NCBI GenBank assembly: GCA_963648895.1
Contig: CAVJGK010000002.1
Location: 1-51,956, forward strand
Reading direction: 5' to 3'
Source: Lachnospiraceae bacterium
GTDB taxonomy: Bacteria > Bacillota_I > Bacilli_A > RFN20 > CAG-449
Length of the DNA: 51,956 bases
In this document: positions 40,819 through 49,032 of the stretch, piece after piece
Layout: every line of letters begins with the position of its first letter
Position numbering within the stretch: the stretch's first letter is position 1
The notes under the pieces: generated by a model
Seen by the model: the letters and a program-made list of their open reading frames with translations, nothing else
Told to the model about the DNA's origin: nothing
Database searches by the model: none
Translations under genes and position numbers: made by a program

Positions 40819-41556
40819 TTAATTATTTAAGAAACGTTTTAAGAATTCTTTAGTTCTTTCACTCTTAGGATTATTAAATACTTCATCAGAAGTGCCCATT
40901 TCTTCAATGACACCTTTATCCATAAAAACAACTTTAGTCGCGATTTCTTTTGCAAAAGCCATTTCGTGAGTAACAATAACCATGGTGATATGTTCTTTCG
41001 CGAGAGATTTAATAACATCTAAAACTTCTCCAACCATTTCAGGATCTAATGCTGAAGTTGGTTCATCAAATAAGATGACATCTGGATTCATACATAAGCT
41101 ACGAGCGATCGCCACTCTTTGTTTTTGTCCACCAGATATTTGATTGACGCGGTAAGAAGCTCTATCTAGCATTCCAACTCTTTCAAGATTTGATAAAGCA
41201 ATTTTTGTCGCTTCTTCTTTGCTTCTATGAAGAACTTTAGTTTGAGCCAAAATACAATTATCTAAAACACTATAATTGTTAAAAAGATTGAATTGTTGGA
41301 AAACCATCGACATTCTTTCTCTTATTTTGTTGATGTTAACATTTTTGTTGTTATTAATCTTTTCACCTTCAAAATAGATTTCTCCACCTGTAGGTACTTC
41401 AAGTAAATTTAAACATCTAAGTAAGGTAGATTTACCGCTGCCAGAACTACCAATAATACAAACAATTTCACCTTGTTCAATTGATAAATCAATGCCTTTT
41501 AATACTTGTAAAGAACCAAATTGTTTTTGTAAATTAACAATATCAATAACTGCCAT
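40819..41556 (-). CDS. polar amino-acid ABC transporter ATP-binding protein (GlnQ/ArtP-like)
   Basis: ORF track; [36 protein letters not shown]. Confidence 0.93.
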   Translation of the reverse strand: MAVIDIVNLQKQFGSLQVLKGIDLSIEQGEIVCIIGSSGSGKSTLLRCLNLLEVPTGGEIYFEGEKINNNKNVNINKIRERMSMVFQQFNLFNNYSVLDNCILAQTKVLHRSKEEATKIALSNLERVGMLDRASYRVNQISGGQKQRVAIARSLCMNPDVILFDEPTSALDPEMVGEVLDVIKSLAKEHITMVIVTHEMAFAKEIATKVVFMDKGVIEEMGTSDEVFNNPKSERTKEFLKRFLNN

Positions 41557-41557
41557 A

Positions 41558-42337
41558 CTAATTTACCTCCACGATTGGTCTTTCTTTTTTAAATGGATTT
41601 AAACTTACTTTCTTTCCATCTAATTTAGCATTGATAAGTCGTACAATAAATGTTGCGATTAAAGTTAAGACTAAATAAATAACTGCAATGATGATATAGC
41701 CTTCAACTTTGAAATAGTTTCTATTAGTTGCGATACTAACAGATGCATATAATTCAGTTAAACCGATAACGTTTAAGACTGAAGAGTCTTTAACGTTAAC
41801 GATATATTCATTTAAGATTGTTGGTAATGCATTTCTTAATGCTTGAGGCATGATAACAAATACCATTGTTTTAAAATAACTCATACCTAAACTTCTTGCT
41901 GCTTCTTCTTGTCCTTTATCGACCCCGTTAAGACCGGAACGAACAATTTCCGACATATAAGCACCAGTGTTAATGACAATAACAATAATGCCACATAAGA
42001 AATATCCATTAAAGATCCAAACGTTACCTATATCAGTCCAATTGATTCCTAAAGCAGATCCTCCAAAGAAGAAAATCATTGCTTGAACCATCATTGGTGT
42101 GCCTCTAAAGACATTGACATAGATGGTAGAAATAAATTTACCAAATCCTTTTAATACTTTTATTACTGTTGTATCTGTTTCTTTTATTTCTAAATTTCTA
42201 AGTAAAGCGACAAAGATACCGATAATCATACCAACTAAAGTACCTACAATTGCAAGAATTAAAGTTGATGCGATACCTTGTAAGAATGTACGCCAGTAAT
42301 TAGATAATAAAGATACAATTTTATCCCAAGAGCTCAT
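41558..42337 (-). CDS. polar amino-acid ABC transporter permease (HisM/GlnP-like)
   Basis: ORF track; polytopic; EAA loop [25 protein letters not shown]. Confidence 0.9.
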   Translation of the reverse strand: MSSWDKIVSLLSNYWRTFLQGIASTLILAIVGTLVGMIIGIFVALLRNLEIKETDTTVIKVLKGFGKFISTIYVNVFRGTPMMVQAMIFFFGGSALGINWTDIGNVWIFNGYFLCGIIVIVINTGAYMSEIVRSGLNGVDKGQEEAARSLGMSYFKTMVFVIMPQALRNALPTILNEYIVNVKDSSVLNVIGLTELYASVSIATNRNYFKVEGYIIIAVIYLVLTLIATFIVRLINAKLDGKKVSLNPFKKERPIVEVN

Positions 42338-42339
42338 TA

Positions 42340-43209
42340 TTAGTTACTTCCATTAACAATTGATGTTGCAACTGGTAATTCTGCAGTCATTGCATCAGCA
42401 GAATTATTTTGAACAGCAAGAGCGCATGTTGCGAATGTATCTAAAGCAGATAAATGAGTGACGCTATAAGGTGTTGTCCAAGAATCGATGACATCATCTG
42501 TAACTGTTGAAACTTGAGAAACAATCTTTGCTCCTGCAAAATCACTTAATGATGTTGCGTTTGCGTATTTAGAATCTTCTCTAACAATTAAAACTAATTC
42601 ACTTCTATAATATTCATTTGTGAAATCAATTGATTGTCTTCTTTCTTCAGTATCTGTCATACCTGCGATAACTAAATCGATTGTATCAGAATTTAATGCT
42701 GGAATTAATGCTTCCCAATCTAATTTAACTACTTCAAGGTTATATCCTAATGTAGAAGCTAAATAGCTAGCGACTTGGATATCATAACCATCTGCATATT
42801 GGTTTGTACCCTTAATTGGATAATTGTATTCATTGTCAGAAACATCTGTCCAGTTGAATGGTGCATAATCACATTCTAGACCAATTCTAATAGTATGTTC
42901 GGATGTTGTTGGAACTGTATATTTTAATGTAGAAGTTGAATAGTCTCCGTTGGATCTATATGTTGCTTCTGTCATTAAAGTATTTCTTGTATCTTGTGTT
43001 AAAGAAGCTAAAGCTTGGTTAACTTGGCTTAATAATTCAGAATTACCTTTTTTAACACCGATAGATACGCCTAAATCTTTTGCGCTATCACCTAAGATAG
43101 TTTGATCAAAATGAATGATTTTTAATTTAGAAGATGATGTTGAACAACTTCCTAATGAAAAGATGCTTGCCATAGCAAGGAATGACTTTAAAAATAAATT
43201 TCTACTCAT
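42340..43209 (-). CDS. polar amino-acid (family 3) substrate-binding lipoprotein, apparently circularly permuted (289 aa)
   Basis: ORF track; lipobox FSLGSC. The segment normally at the C-terminus of the family (LGVSIGVKKGNSELLSQVNQALASL) follows the lipobox. The usual N-terminal start (IRIGLECDYAPFNW) comes after it, and the protein ends at ADAMTAELPVATSIV. Confidence 0.8.
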   Translation of the reverse strand: MSRNLFLKSFLAMASIFSLGSCSTSSSKLKIIHFDQTILGDSAKDLGVSIGVKKGNSELLSQVNQALASLTQDTRNTLMTEATYRSNGDYSTSTLKYTVPTTSEHTIRIGLECDYAPFNWTDVSDNEYNYPIKGTNQYADGYDIQVASYLASTLGYNLEVVKLDWEALIPALNSDTIDLVIAGMTDTEERRQSIDFTNEYYRSELVLIVREDSKYANATSLSDFAGAKIVSQVSTVTDDVIDSWTTPYSVTHLSALDTFATCALAVQNNSADAMTAELPVATSIVNGSN

Positions 43210-43244
43210 ATAATTACCTCCTATTTATTTTTAAGATGGGTAAT

Positions 43245-43446
43245 AAAAAAGCGTCTTTCGACGCCTAGAATACATATTTAATGAATGTACTTAGCGCCTC
43301 TACATAAAAATGTAGGAGTATTATAGGTATTTCCTATAATCCCACGCATGTATTATGCCTAATACACCGTTCGGCGATGGTTACCTTTCCTTTACTTCAA
43401 TGGATGCCTCCTCGGTAAAGTACTTATTTGCATCGCTACCTCTATC
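43245..43446 (-). promoter_or_regulatory. lysine riboswitch (L-box) with intrinsic terminator, 5' leader of the amino-acid ABC operon
   Basis: minus strand GAUAGAGGUAGCG...AAGUA-CUUUAC...GUAAAG-GAAAGG...CGCCGAAC-GGUGUAUUAGGCAUAAUACAUGC-GUGGG-AUUAUAGGAAAUACCUAUAAU-ACUCCUACA parallels, block for block, the B. subtilis lysC and T. maritima L-box sequences as I remember them. It is followed by GGCGUC-GAAA-GACGC-UUUUUU (43245-43266). Confidence 0.78.
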
Positions 43447-43461
43447 TTTTTTATTGTCAAT

Positions 43462-43490
43462 ATAATAAATATATACGTAAAATAAATCAA
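43462..43490 (-). promoter_or_regulatory. candidate promoter of the L-box/ABC transcript (TTGATT-17-TATTAT)
   Basis: minus strand TTGATT (43490-43485), 17-nt spacer, TATTAT (43467-43462); the predicted start lies just upstream of the riboswitch P1 region. Confidence 0.5.
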
Positions 43491-43594
43491 TAAAAATAAT
43501 AAAAAAATTAATATTTTTGTAAAAATGTAAATGTTTTCATAAAATATGCATCATAAAATAAACTTATTTTGTACATTTTAATGTAAAAATAGGT

Positions 43595-43625
43595 AAAAAA
43601 AGACTACCGATTTCTCGATAGTCTT
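43595..43625 (-). terminator. rho-independent terminator after tuf
   Basis: minus strand AAGACTATCGA-GAAA-TCGGTAGTCTT followed by TTTTTTT. Confidence 0.8.
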
Positions 43626-43644
43626 GAACATACAATTTATAAAA

Positions 43645-44829
43645 CTATTTAATAATTTCTGAAACTGTACCAGCACCAACTGTTCTACCACCTTCACGGA
43701 TTGAGAACTTTGTACCTTTTTCAATAGCAACTGGGTGAATTAATTCAACTGTTAAGTTAACGTTATCACCTGGCATAACCATTTCTGTTCCTTCTGGAAG
43801 AGTAATGACACCTGTAATATCAGTTGTACGGAAATAGAATTGTGGTCTGTAGTTTGTTAAGAATGCAGTATGACGTCCACCTTCTTCTTTTGTTAATACG
43901 TAAACAGAAGCTGTGAATTTTGTATGTGGAGTAACTGTACCAGGTTTTGCTAAGACTTGTCCACGGACGACTTGGTCACGGTTGACACCTCTTAATAAGA
44001 TACCAGCGTTATCGCCTGCTTCAGCGAAGTCTAATGTTTTTCTGAACATTTCAATACCTGTAACGACAGATTTTAATGTATCTTTGATACCAACGATTTC
44101 AACTTCGTCACCCATCTTGATTGTACCACGTTCGACTCTACCAGTTACAACAGTACCACGACCTGTAATTGTTAAAACGTCTTCGATAGCAAGTAAGAAT
44201 GGTTTATCTGTATCTCTTGTTGGAGCTGGGATATAAGAATCACATGCATCCATTAAATCCATAATGTGTTGTTCTTCTGTTGGATCGCCATCAAGAGCTT
44301 TTCTTGCAGAACCTCTGATGATTGGAGTTGTGTCGCCTGGGAAACCATAAGAATTTAAGATTTCTCTAACGTCCATTTCAACTAAGTCGATTAATTCTGG
44401 ATCATCAACTAAGTCTGTTTTGTTTAAGAATACTACGATGTATGGAACACCAACTTGTCTAGCAAGTAAGATGTGTTCTTTTGTTTGTGGCATAACACCA
44501 TCAGTTGCAGCGACAACTAAGATAGCGCCATCCATTTGTGCAGCACCAGTAATCATGTTTTTAACATAGTCAGCGTGGCCTGGGCAGTCAACGTGAGCGT
44601 AGTGTCTTGTTGCTGTTTGGTATTCAATGTGAGCTGTGTTAATTGTAATACCACGAGCTTTTTCTTCTGGAGCAGCATCGATTTGGTCGTATGCTTTCTT
44701 TTCTGATAAGCCCTTTTTAGCTAATACTGCTGTAATAGCAGCTGTTAAAGTAGTTTTACCGTGGTCAACGTGGCCGATTGTACCAATGTTAACGTGGGTT
44801 TTACTTCTGTCAAATTTTTCTTTTGCCAT
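43645..44829 (-). CDS. tuf: elongation factor Tu
   Basis: ORF track; [22 protein letters not shown]. Confidence 0.97.
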   Translation of the reverse strand: MAKEKFDRSKTHVNIGTIGHVDHGKTTLTAAITAVLAKKGLSEKKAYDQIDAAPEEKARGITINTAHIEYQTATRHYAHVDCPGHADYVKNMITGAAQMDGAILVVAATDGVMPQTKEHILLARQVGVPYIVVFLNKTDLVDDPELIDLVEMDVREILNSYGFPGDTTPIIRGSARKALDGDPTEEQHIMDLMDACDSYIPAPTRDTDKPFLLAIEDVLTITGRGTVVTGRVERGTIKMGDEVEIVGIKDTLKSVVTGIEMFRKTLDFAEAGDNAGILLRGVNRDQVVRGQVLAKPGTVTPHTKFTASVYVLTKEEGGRHTAFLTNYRPQFYFRTTDITGVITLPEGTEMVMPGDNVNLTVELIHPVAIEKGTKFSIREGGRTVGAGTVSEIIK

Positions 44830-44873
44830 TGTTTGAATTCCTCCCTAAGTTAATTTTGAATTTCAACGTATTC

Positions 44874-44902
44874 ATAATATAGCATTTTTTTTACAAAATC
44901 AA
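44874..44902 (-). promoter_or_regulatory. candidate internal promoter for tuf (TTGATT-17-TATTAT)
   Basis: minus strand TTGATT (44902-44897), 17-nt spacer, TATTAT (44879-44874), in the fusA-tuf spacer. Confidence 0.45.
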
Positions 44903-44934
44903 CATTTATAATTTATTAAAGTTGAATTTGATAA

Positions 44935-47046
44935 TTACTTTTGTGATTTTTTAATAATTTCTTCTTGGATATATTTTGGACATTCTGCATAATGATCCAT
45001 TTCCATTGTGTAGTTAGCTCTACCTTTTGTCATAGATCTTAAGTCAGTAACGTAACCGAACATATTTGCAAGTGGAACCATTGCATCAAGAATTTGAGCG
45101 TTTCCTCTTTCTGTTTGTCCTTGGATTTCACCTCTTCTTGAAGAGATATCACCCATGACATCACCTAAGTATTCAGATGGAGTTGTAACTTCAACTTTTA
45201 CGATAGGTTCAAGGATAACTGGATCACACTTTTTAGCAGCTTCTTTTAAAGCTAATGAAGCAGCGACTTTATAAGCAGCTTCAGAAGAGTCAACATCATG
45301 GTAAGAACCATCATGTAATGTTGCTTTAATATCAATGATTGGGAATCCTGCAACTAAACCTCTATCTAATGATTCTTTTAAACCATCACATGTAGGTTTG
45401 ATGAATTCTCTAGGAACGACACCACCGACAACTGCATCTACGAATTCGAAACCTTTGCCTGGGTTTGGTTCAAATTTAATCCAAACGTGACCATATTGAC
45501 CATGACCACCAGATTGTTTAATGTATTTACCTTCACAATCTGCTTCTTTACGAATTGTTTCTCTGTAAGCAACTTGTGGAGCACCAACATTAACATCAAC
45601 CTTGAATTCATCTTTTAATCTTGTAACCATAACATCAAGGTGTAATTCACCAACACCAGCGATGATGTTTTGGCCTGTTTCTTTATCTGTGAAGAATCTG
45701 AAAGTTGGGTCTTCTTCTGATAATTTGATTAAGCCTTGAGTCATCTTATCTTGGTCAGCTTTTGATTTTGGTTCAATAGCTTCTGAGATAACTGGATCAG
45801 AGAATTTAATTGATTCAAGAACGACTGGATGATCTTCATCACATAATGTATCACCTGTTGTAGTTGATTTTAAACCAACTGCAGCACCGATATCACCAGC
45901 CCAAACTTCGTCGACTTCTTCTCTCTTGTTTGAGTTCATAATAACTAAACGTGAGAATCTTTCTTTAACACCTTTTGTTGAGTTGTAAACATAAGAACCA
46001 GCTTTAGCAACACCAGAGTAAACTCTGAAGAATGCTAATTTACCAATGAATGGGTCAGTCATAATCTTGAATGCTAATGCTGCTAAAGGAGCATCATCAG
46101 TAGGTTCACATTCGACTGTTTCACCTAAATCATTTGTACCTGTTGTATGTGCAATATCAACTGGTGAAGGTAAGTATTCAACAACAGCATCAAGTACTTG
46201 TTGGATACCTTTATTTTTATAAGCAGAACCTGCTAATACAGGGAAGAATTCTGCTGTTAAAACTGCTTTTCTAATTGTAGCTTTGATTTCAGGAATTGTT
46301 GGTTCTTCACCTTCTAAGACTTTCATCATGAATTCATCATCAAAGTTAGCTAATTTTTCAATTAATTCAGCTCTTAATTCTTGACAACGAGCTAAATATT
46401 CTTCAGGAATTTCACCTTCAGTTGGGTGTTCACCTTTTGTATCTGAATAGAAGTAAGCCTTCATTTCGATAATATCGATAACACCTTTTAATTGTGATTC
46501 AAGACCAATTGGGTAAGCAATAGGAGCAGCATTAGCACCTAATTTTTCGCCAATTGAACGGACTGACATTTCGAAGTCAGCACCGATTGCATCTAATTTA
46601 TTAACGAAAACAATTCTAGGAACGTGGTATTTTGTACCTTGTCTCCAAACTGTTTCAGTTTGTGGTTCAACACCGTTTTTACCATCAAGAACAGTAACAG
46701 CACCATCAAGAACACGAAGTGAACGTTCAACTTCAGCAGTGAAGTCAACGTGACCAGGAGTGTCGATTAAGTTGATACGGTATTTTTCACCTGTACCACC
46801 TTTGCCGTTGTCTTTCCATTGGTTCTTTTCCCAATAGCAAGTTGTAGCAGCAGAAGTAATTGTAATACCTCTGTCTTGTTCTTGTTTCATCCAGTCCATA
46901 GTAGCGCCGCCATCATGAACTTCGCCGATTTTATAAATTTTACCAGTGTAGAATAAGATTCTTTCTGAAGTAGTAGTTTTACCAGCATCAATGTGAGCCA
47001 TGATACCGATATTACGTGTCATATTAATACTTACATCACGTGCCAT
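44935..47046 (-). CDS. fusA: elongation factor G (703 aa)
   Basis: ORF track; [22 protein letters not shown]. Confidence 0.97.
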   Translation of the reverse strand: MARDVSINMTRNIGIMAHIDAGKTTTSERILFYTGKIYKIGEVHDGGATMDWMKQEQDRGITITSAATTCYWEKNQWKDNGKGGTGEKYRINLIDTPGHVDFTAEVERSLRVLDGAVTVLDGKNGVEPQTETVWRQGTKYHVPRIVFVNKLDAIGADFEMSVRSIGEKLGANAAPIAYPIGLESQLKGVIDIIEMKAYFYSDTKGEHPTEGEIPEEYLARCQELRAELIEKLANFDDEFMMKVLEGEEPTIPEIKATIRKAVLTAEFFPVLAGSAYKNKGIQQVLDAVVEYLPSPVDIAHTTGTNDLGETVECEPTDDAPLAALAFKIMTDPFIGKLAFFRVYSGVAKAGSYVYNSTKGVKERFSRLVIMNSNKREEVDEVWAGDIGAAVGLKSTTTGDTLCDEDHPVVLESIKFSDPVISEAIEPKSKADQDKMTQGLIKLSEEDPTFRFFTDKETGQNIIAGVGELHLDVMVTRLKDEFKVDVNVGAPQVAYRETIRKEADCEGKYIKQSGGHGQYGHVWIKFEPNPGKGFEFVDAVVGGVVPREFIKPTCDGLKESLDRGLVAGFPIIDIKATLHDGSYHDVDSSEAAYKVAASLALKEAAKKCDPVILEPIVKVEVTTPSEYLGDVMGDISSRRGEIQGQTERGNAQILDAMVPLANMFGYVTDLRSMTKGRANYTMEMDHYAECPKYIQEEIIKKSQK

Positions 47047-47066
47047 ATCTTAGTTCCCCTTTAAAA

Positions 47067-47537
47067 TTACCATCTGTAATGAGCGTAAGCCTTGTTAGCT
47101 TCAGCCATCTTGTGTACATCTTCTCTCTTCTTAACAGAAGCGCCTGTACCATTAGCAGCATCGATGATTTCTCCTGCTAATTTATCTTCCATTGTCTTTT
47201 CGTTTCTTAAACGTGAATAGTTAACTAACCATCTTAAGCCTAATGTAACTCTACGTTCTGCAGATACTTCAACTGGAACTTGGTAGTTAGAACCTCCAAC
47301 TCTTCTCATTTTTAATTCAAGAGCTGGCATGATATTACCTAAAGCAACTTCGAAAACTTCCATTGCAGGTTTTTGTGTTTTTGCTTCAACTTTATTGAAA
47401 GCACTATATAAGATAGTTTGAGCTGTGCCCTTTTTACCATCTATCATGATTTTGTTGATTAAACGTGTTACTAATTTTGAATTGTAAATTGGATCTGGTA
47501 ACACATCGCGTTTTGCGACATTTCCTCTACGTGGCAT
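47067..47537 (-). CDS. rpsG: 30S ribosomal protein S7
   Basis: ORF track; MPRRG...DPIYNS, canonical C-terminus AYAHYRW. Confidence 0.96.
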   Translation of the reverse strand: MPRRGNVAKRDVLPDPIYNSKLVTRLINKIMIDGKKGTAQTILYSAFNKVEAKTQKPAMEVFEVALGNIMPALELKMRRVGGSNYQVPVEVSAERRVTLGLRWLVNYSRLRNEKTMEDKLAGEIIDAANGTGASVKKREDVHKMAEANKAYAHYRW

Positions 47538-47603
47538 TAAAAATCCTCCTTTCCATTTTTATAATAATAGAATTTTTATTACGTATTTATTTTGCTAACT
47601 TAA

Positions 47604-48023
47604 TTATTTAGCAGCTTTTGGTTTTTTAGTACCGTATAATGATCTACCTTGTTTTCTGTCTGTTACACCAGCGCAGTCTAATGCGCCTCTAACAATGTGG
47701 TAACGTACACCAGGTAAATCCTTAACTCTACCGCCTCTGATTAAAACAGTGCTGTGTTCTTGTAAGTTATGGCCTTCTCCACCGATATAAGCTGTAACTT
47801 CGTAGCCGTTTGATAAGCGTACACGAGCATACTTACGTAAAGCTGAGTTAGGTTTTTTAGGAGTCATAGTACCAACACGGGTACAGACACCACGTTTTTG
47901 TGCAGCATTTTGGTCTGTTGTTTTCTTTGCGAGTGAGTTCCATCTTTTATTTAAAGCTGGGGCTTTGGATTTTTCAACTGTTTCTGAACGTCCATTACGA
48001 ACTAATTGATTAATTGTAGGCAT
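47604..48023 (-). CDS. rpsL: 30S ribosomal protein S12
   Basis: ORF track; [35 protein letters not shown]. Confidence 0.96.
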   Translation of the reverse strand: MPTINQLVRNGRSETVEKSKAPALNKRWNSLAKKTTDQNAAQKRGVCTRVGTMTPKKPNSALRKYARVRLSNGYEVTAYIGGEGHNLQEHSTVLIRGGRVKDLPGVRYHIVRGALDCAGVTDRKQGRSLYGTKKPKAAK

Positions 48024-48135
48024 TTTTGAAAATCCTCCTTTCTTCTATCTTCTTGTAAGCCACATTACCGGGTGTTTCAACTATTTTGATAAAAAATAGC
48101 GTTTTACGCCCTATAATTTTGGCACACGCTCGATA

Positions 48136-48164
48136 AGTATATAATACTAATTTCAACTTGACAA
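48136..48164 (-). promoter_or_regulatory. candidate promoter of the str operon (TTGTCA-17-TATACT)
   Basis: minus strand TTGTCA (48164-48159), 17-nt spacer, TATACT (48141-48136), about 110 nt upstream of the rpsL ATG. Confidence 0.5.
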
Positions 48165-48220
48165 GTGTTTTTTTAAATTTTTTTCATTTTTTGAACACCC
48201 GGGTCAGTTATCTTATATAG

Positions 48221-48724
48221 TTACTTCTCATTTTCGTATTTTATATACTTGTAATAAACATTTTCTAATAATTTTAAATTGCAGCATCTATCTTTAATTC
48301 TAAGATCATCGCTAGTCAATTTGTCATTATCAGTTAAAATCATTTTTCTTAATTTAGCAGCAATATCCTTAATTTTGTTTTCTTCTTCATTAATTGCTTT
48401 ATATTGATTTTGAAGCAAACGTTTATATTTATCATCTTTTATGTTGTTTATATCAATCAAAATCAAACATTCATCTAATACCGGTATCATATTATTAAAA
48501 TTAATTACGCCTAGTTCTCCATTTTTTATTTTACGGAAATCTTTACTATTTTTCATTTTTAAGTGTTTTAGTTTAGGCGAACTAAATGGAGCATAGTATT
48601 TAATACCATCAATTTCTAATACTACTCCTAGATATGGTCTTGTTTCCTTTTTGTTTTCACAAATTTTTAAATCAAATTTTTTCAAGTACTTTATGTACTC
48701 ATCCTTTATGCAATAAAATCTCAT
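48221..48724 (-). CDS. toxN: ToxN/AbiQ-family type III toxin (sequence-specific endoribonuclease), 167 aa
   Basis: ORF track; blocks MRFYCIKDEYIKYLKKFD, LGVVLEIDGIKYYAPFSSPK, LGVINFNNMIPV and CCNLKLLENVY parallel Pectobacterium ToxN as I recall it; AAGGAG RBS 6 nt upstream; preceded by tandem RNA repeats and a terminator. Confidence 0.85.
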   Translation of the reverse strand: MRFYCIKDEYIKYLKKFDLKICENKKETRPYLGVVLEIDGIKYYAPFSSPKLKHLKMKNSKDFRKIKNGELGVINFNNMIPVLDECLILIDINNIKDDKYKRLLQNQYKAINEEENKIKDIAAKLRKMILTDNDKLTSDDLRIKDRCCNLKLLENVYYKYIKYENEK

Positions 48725-48743
48725 TTTTGTCTCCTTACAATTT

Positions 48744-48769
48744 AAAAGGGGAAGCTTTTTCGCTCCCCC
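48744..48769 (-). terminator. intrinsic (attenuating) terminator between the antitoxin repeats and toxN
   Basis: minus strand GGGGAGC-GAAAAA-GCTTCCCC (one bulged U) followed by only TTTT, then the toxN RBS. Confidence 0.65.
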
Positions 48770-48774
48770 AGATT

Positions 48775-48885
48775 AGGTTCTCTCTTTATGGTGGAGACTC
48801 ACCGCTTTTTTAGGTTCTCTCTTTGTGGTGGAGACTCACCGCTTTTTTAGGTTCTCTCTTTATGGTGGAGACTCACCGCTTTTCG
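48775..48885 (-). ncRNA. toxI: ToxI-like antitoxin RNA: three head-to-tail 37-nt repeats
   Basis: copies at 48775-48811, 48812-48848 and 48849-48885. Unit on the transcribed strand is AAAAAAGCGGUGAGUCUCCACCAUAAAGAGAGAACCU. Differences are one point change in the middle copy and the last 2 nt of the promoter-proximal copy. The 37-nt period is not a multiple of 3. Confidence 0.8.
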
Positions 48886-48908
48886 AAAAAGTTTCCTTTT
48901 CCAACTTC

Positions 48909-48937
48909 ATAATATCATTTATTAACATAAAGTGCAA
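48909..48937 (-). promoter_or_regulatory. promoter of the toxI-toxN transcript (TTGCAC-17-TATTAT)
   Basis: minus strand TTGCAC (48937-48932), 17-nt spacer, TATTAT (48914-48909), about 20 nt upstream of the first repeat. Confidence 0.6.
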
Positions 48938-48955
48938 CAAACTTTTAATGTAAGC

Positions 48956-48979
48956 AAAAAGGGAGCATTAGAACTCCCC
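48956..48979 (-). terminator. rho-independent terminator after the hydrolase gene
   Basis: minus strand GGGAG-TTCTAATG-CTCCC followed by TTTTT. Confidence 0.7.
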
Positions 48980-49032
48980 ATAAATGAACCCCTTTCTAAA
49001 AATTGAAGTTACAACATTTTTTTAAGTTATAA

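Noticed and set aside
43245-43446. The leader of the amino-acid ABC operon as a T-box
   Set aside because: There is no T-box 14-mer (..GGTGGTACCGCG-like) and no specifier-loop architecture. The conserved blocks instead match the lysine riboswitch.
43455-43460. A perfect TTGACA hexamer immediately upstream of the riboswitch as the -35 box
   Set aside because: There is no acceptable -10 hexamer 16-18 nt downstream (it would fall inside the GATAGAGG core). The TTGATT-17-TATTAT pair 25 nt further upstream fits better and places the start just before P1.
48197-48204. The ACCCGGGT palindrome after toxN as its terminator
   Set aside because: It is a perfect palindrome with no loop, so it cannot form a stable hairpin, and no adjoining stem of useful length could be drawn. 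The A-rich rather than U-rich sequence that follows on the transcript also argues against it.
48775-48885. The three 37-nt direct repeats as a CRISPR array
   Set aside because: The repeats abut head-to-tail with no spacers and there are only three copies. No cas genes are present. A promoter, a terminator and a ToxN-family ORF flank them in the type III TA arrangement.
48775-48885. The repeats read on the plus strand as three tandem rho-independent terminators (GGTGGAGACTCACC hairpin followed by GCTTTTTT)
   Set aside because: No plus-strand gene exists anywhere upstream to terminate. The promoter, the downstream RBS and toxN are all on the minus strand. The hairpin plus T-tract look is a by-product of the A6 junction and the small stem of the antitoxin unit. 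It might still block antisense transcription.
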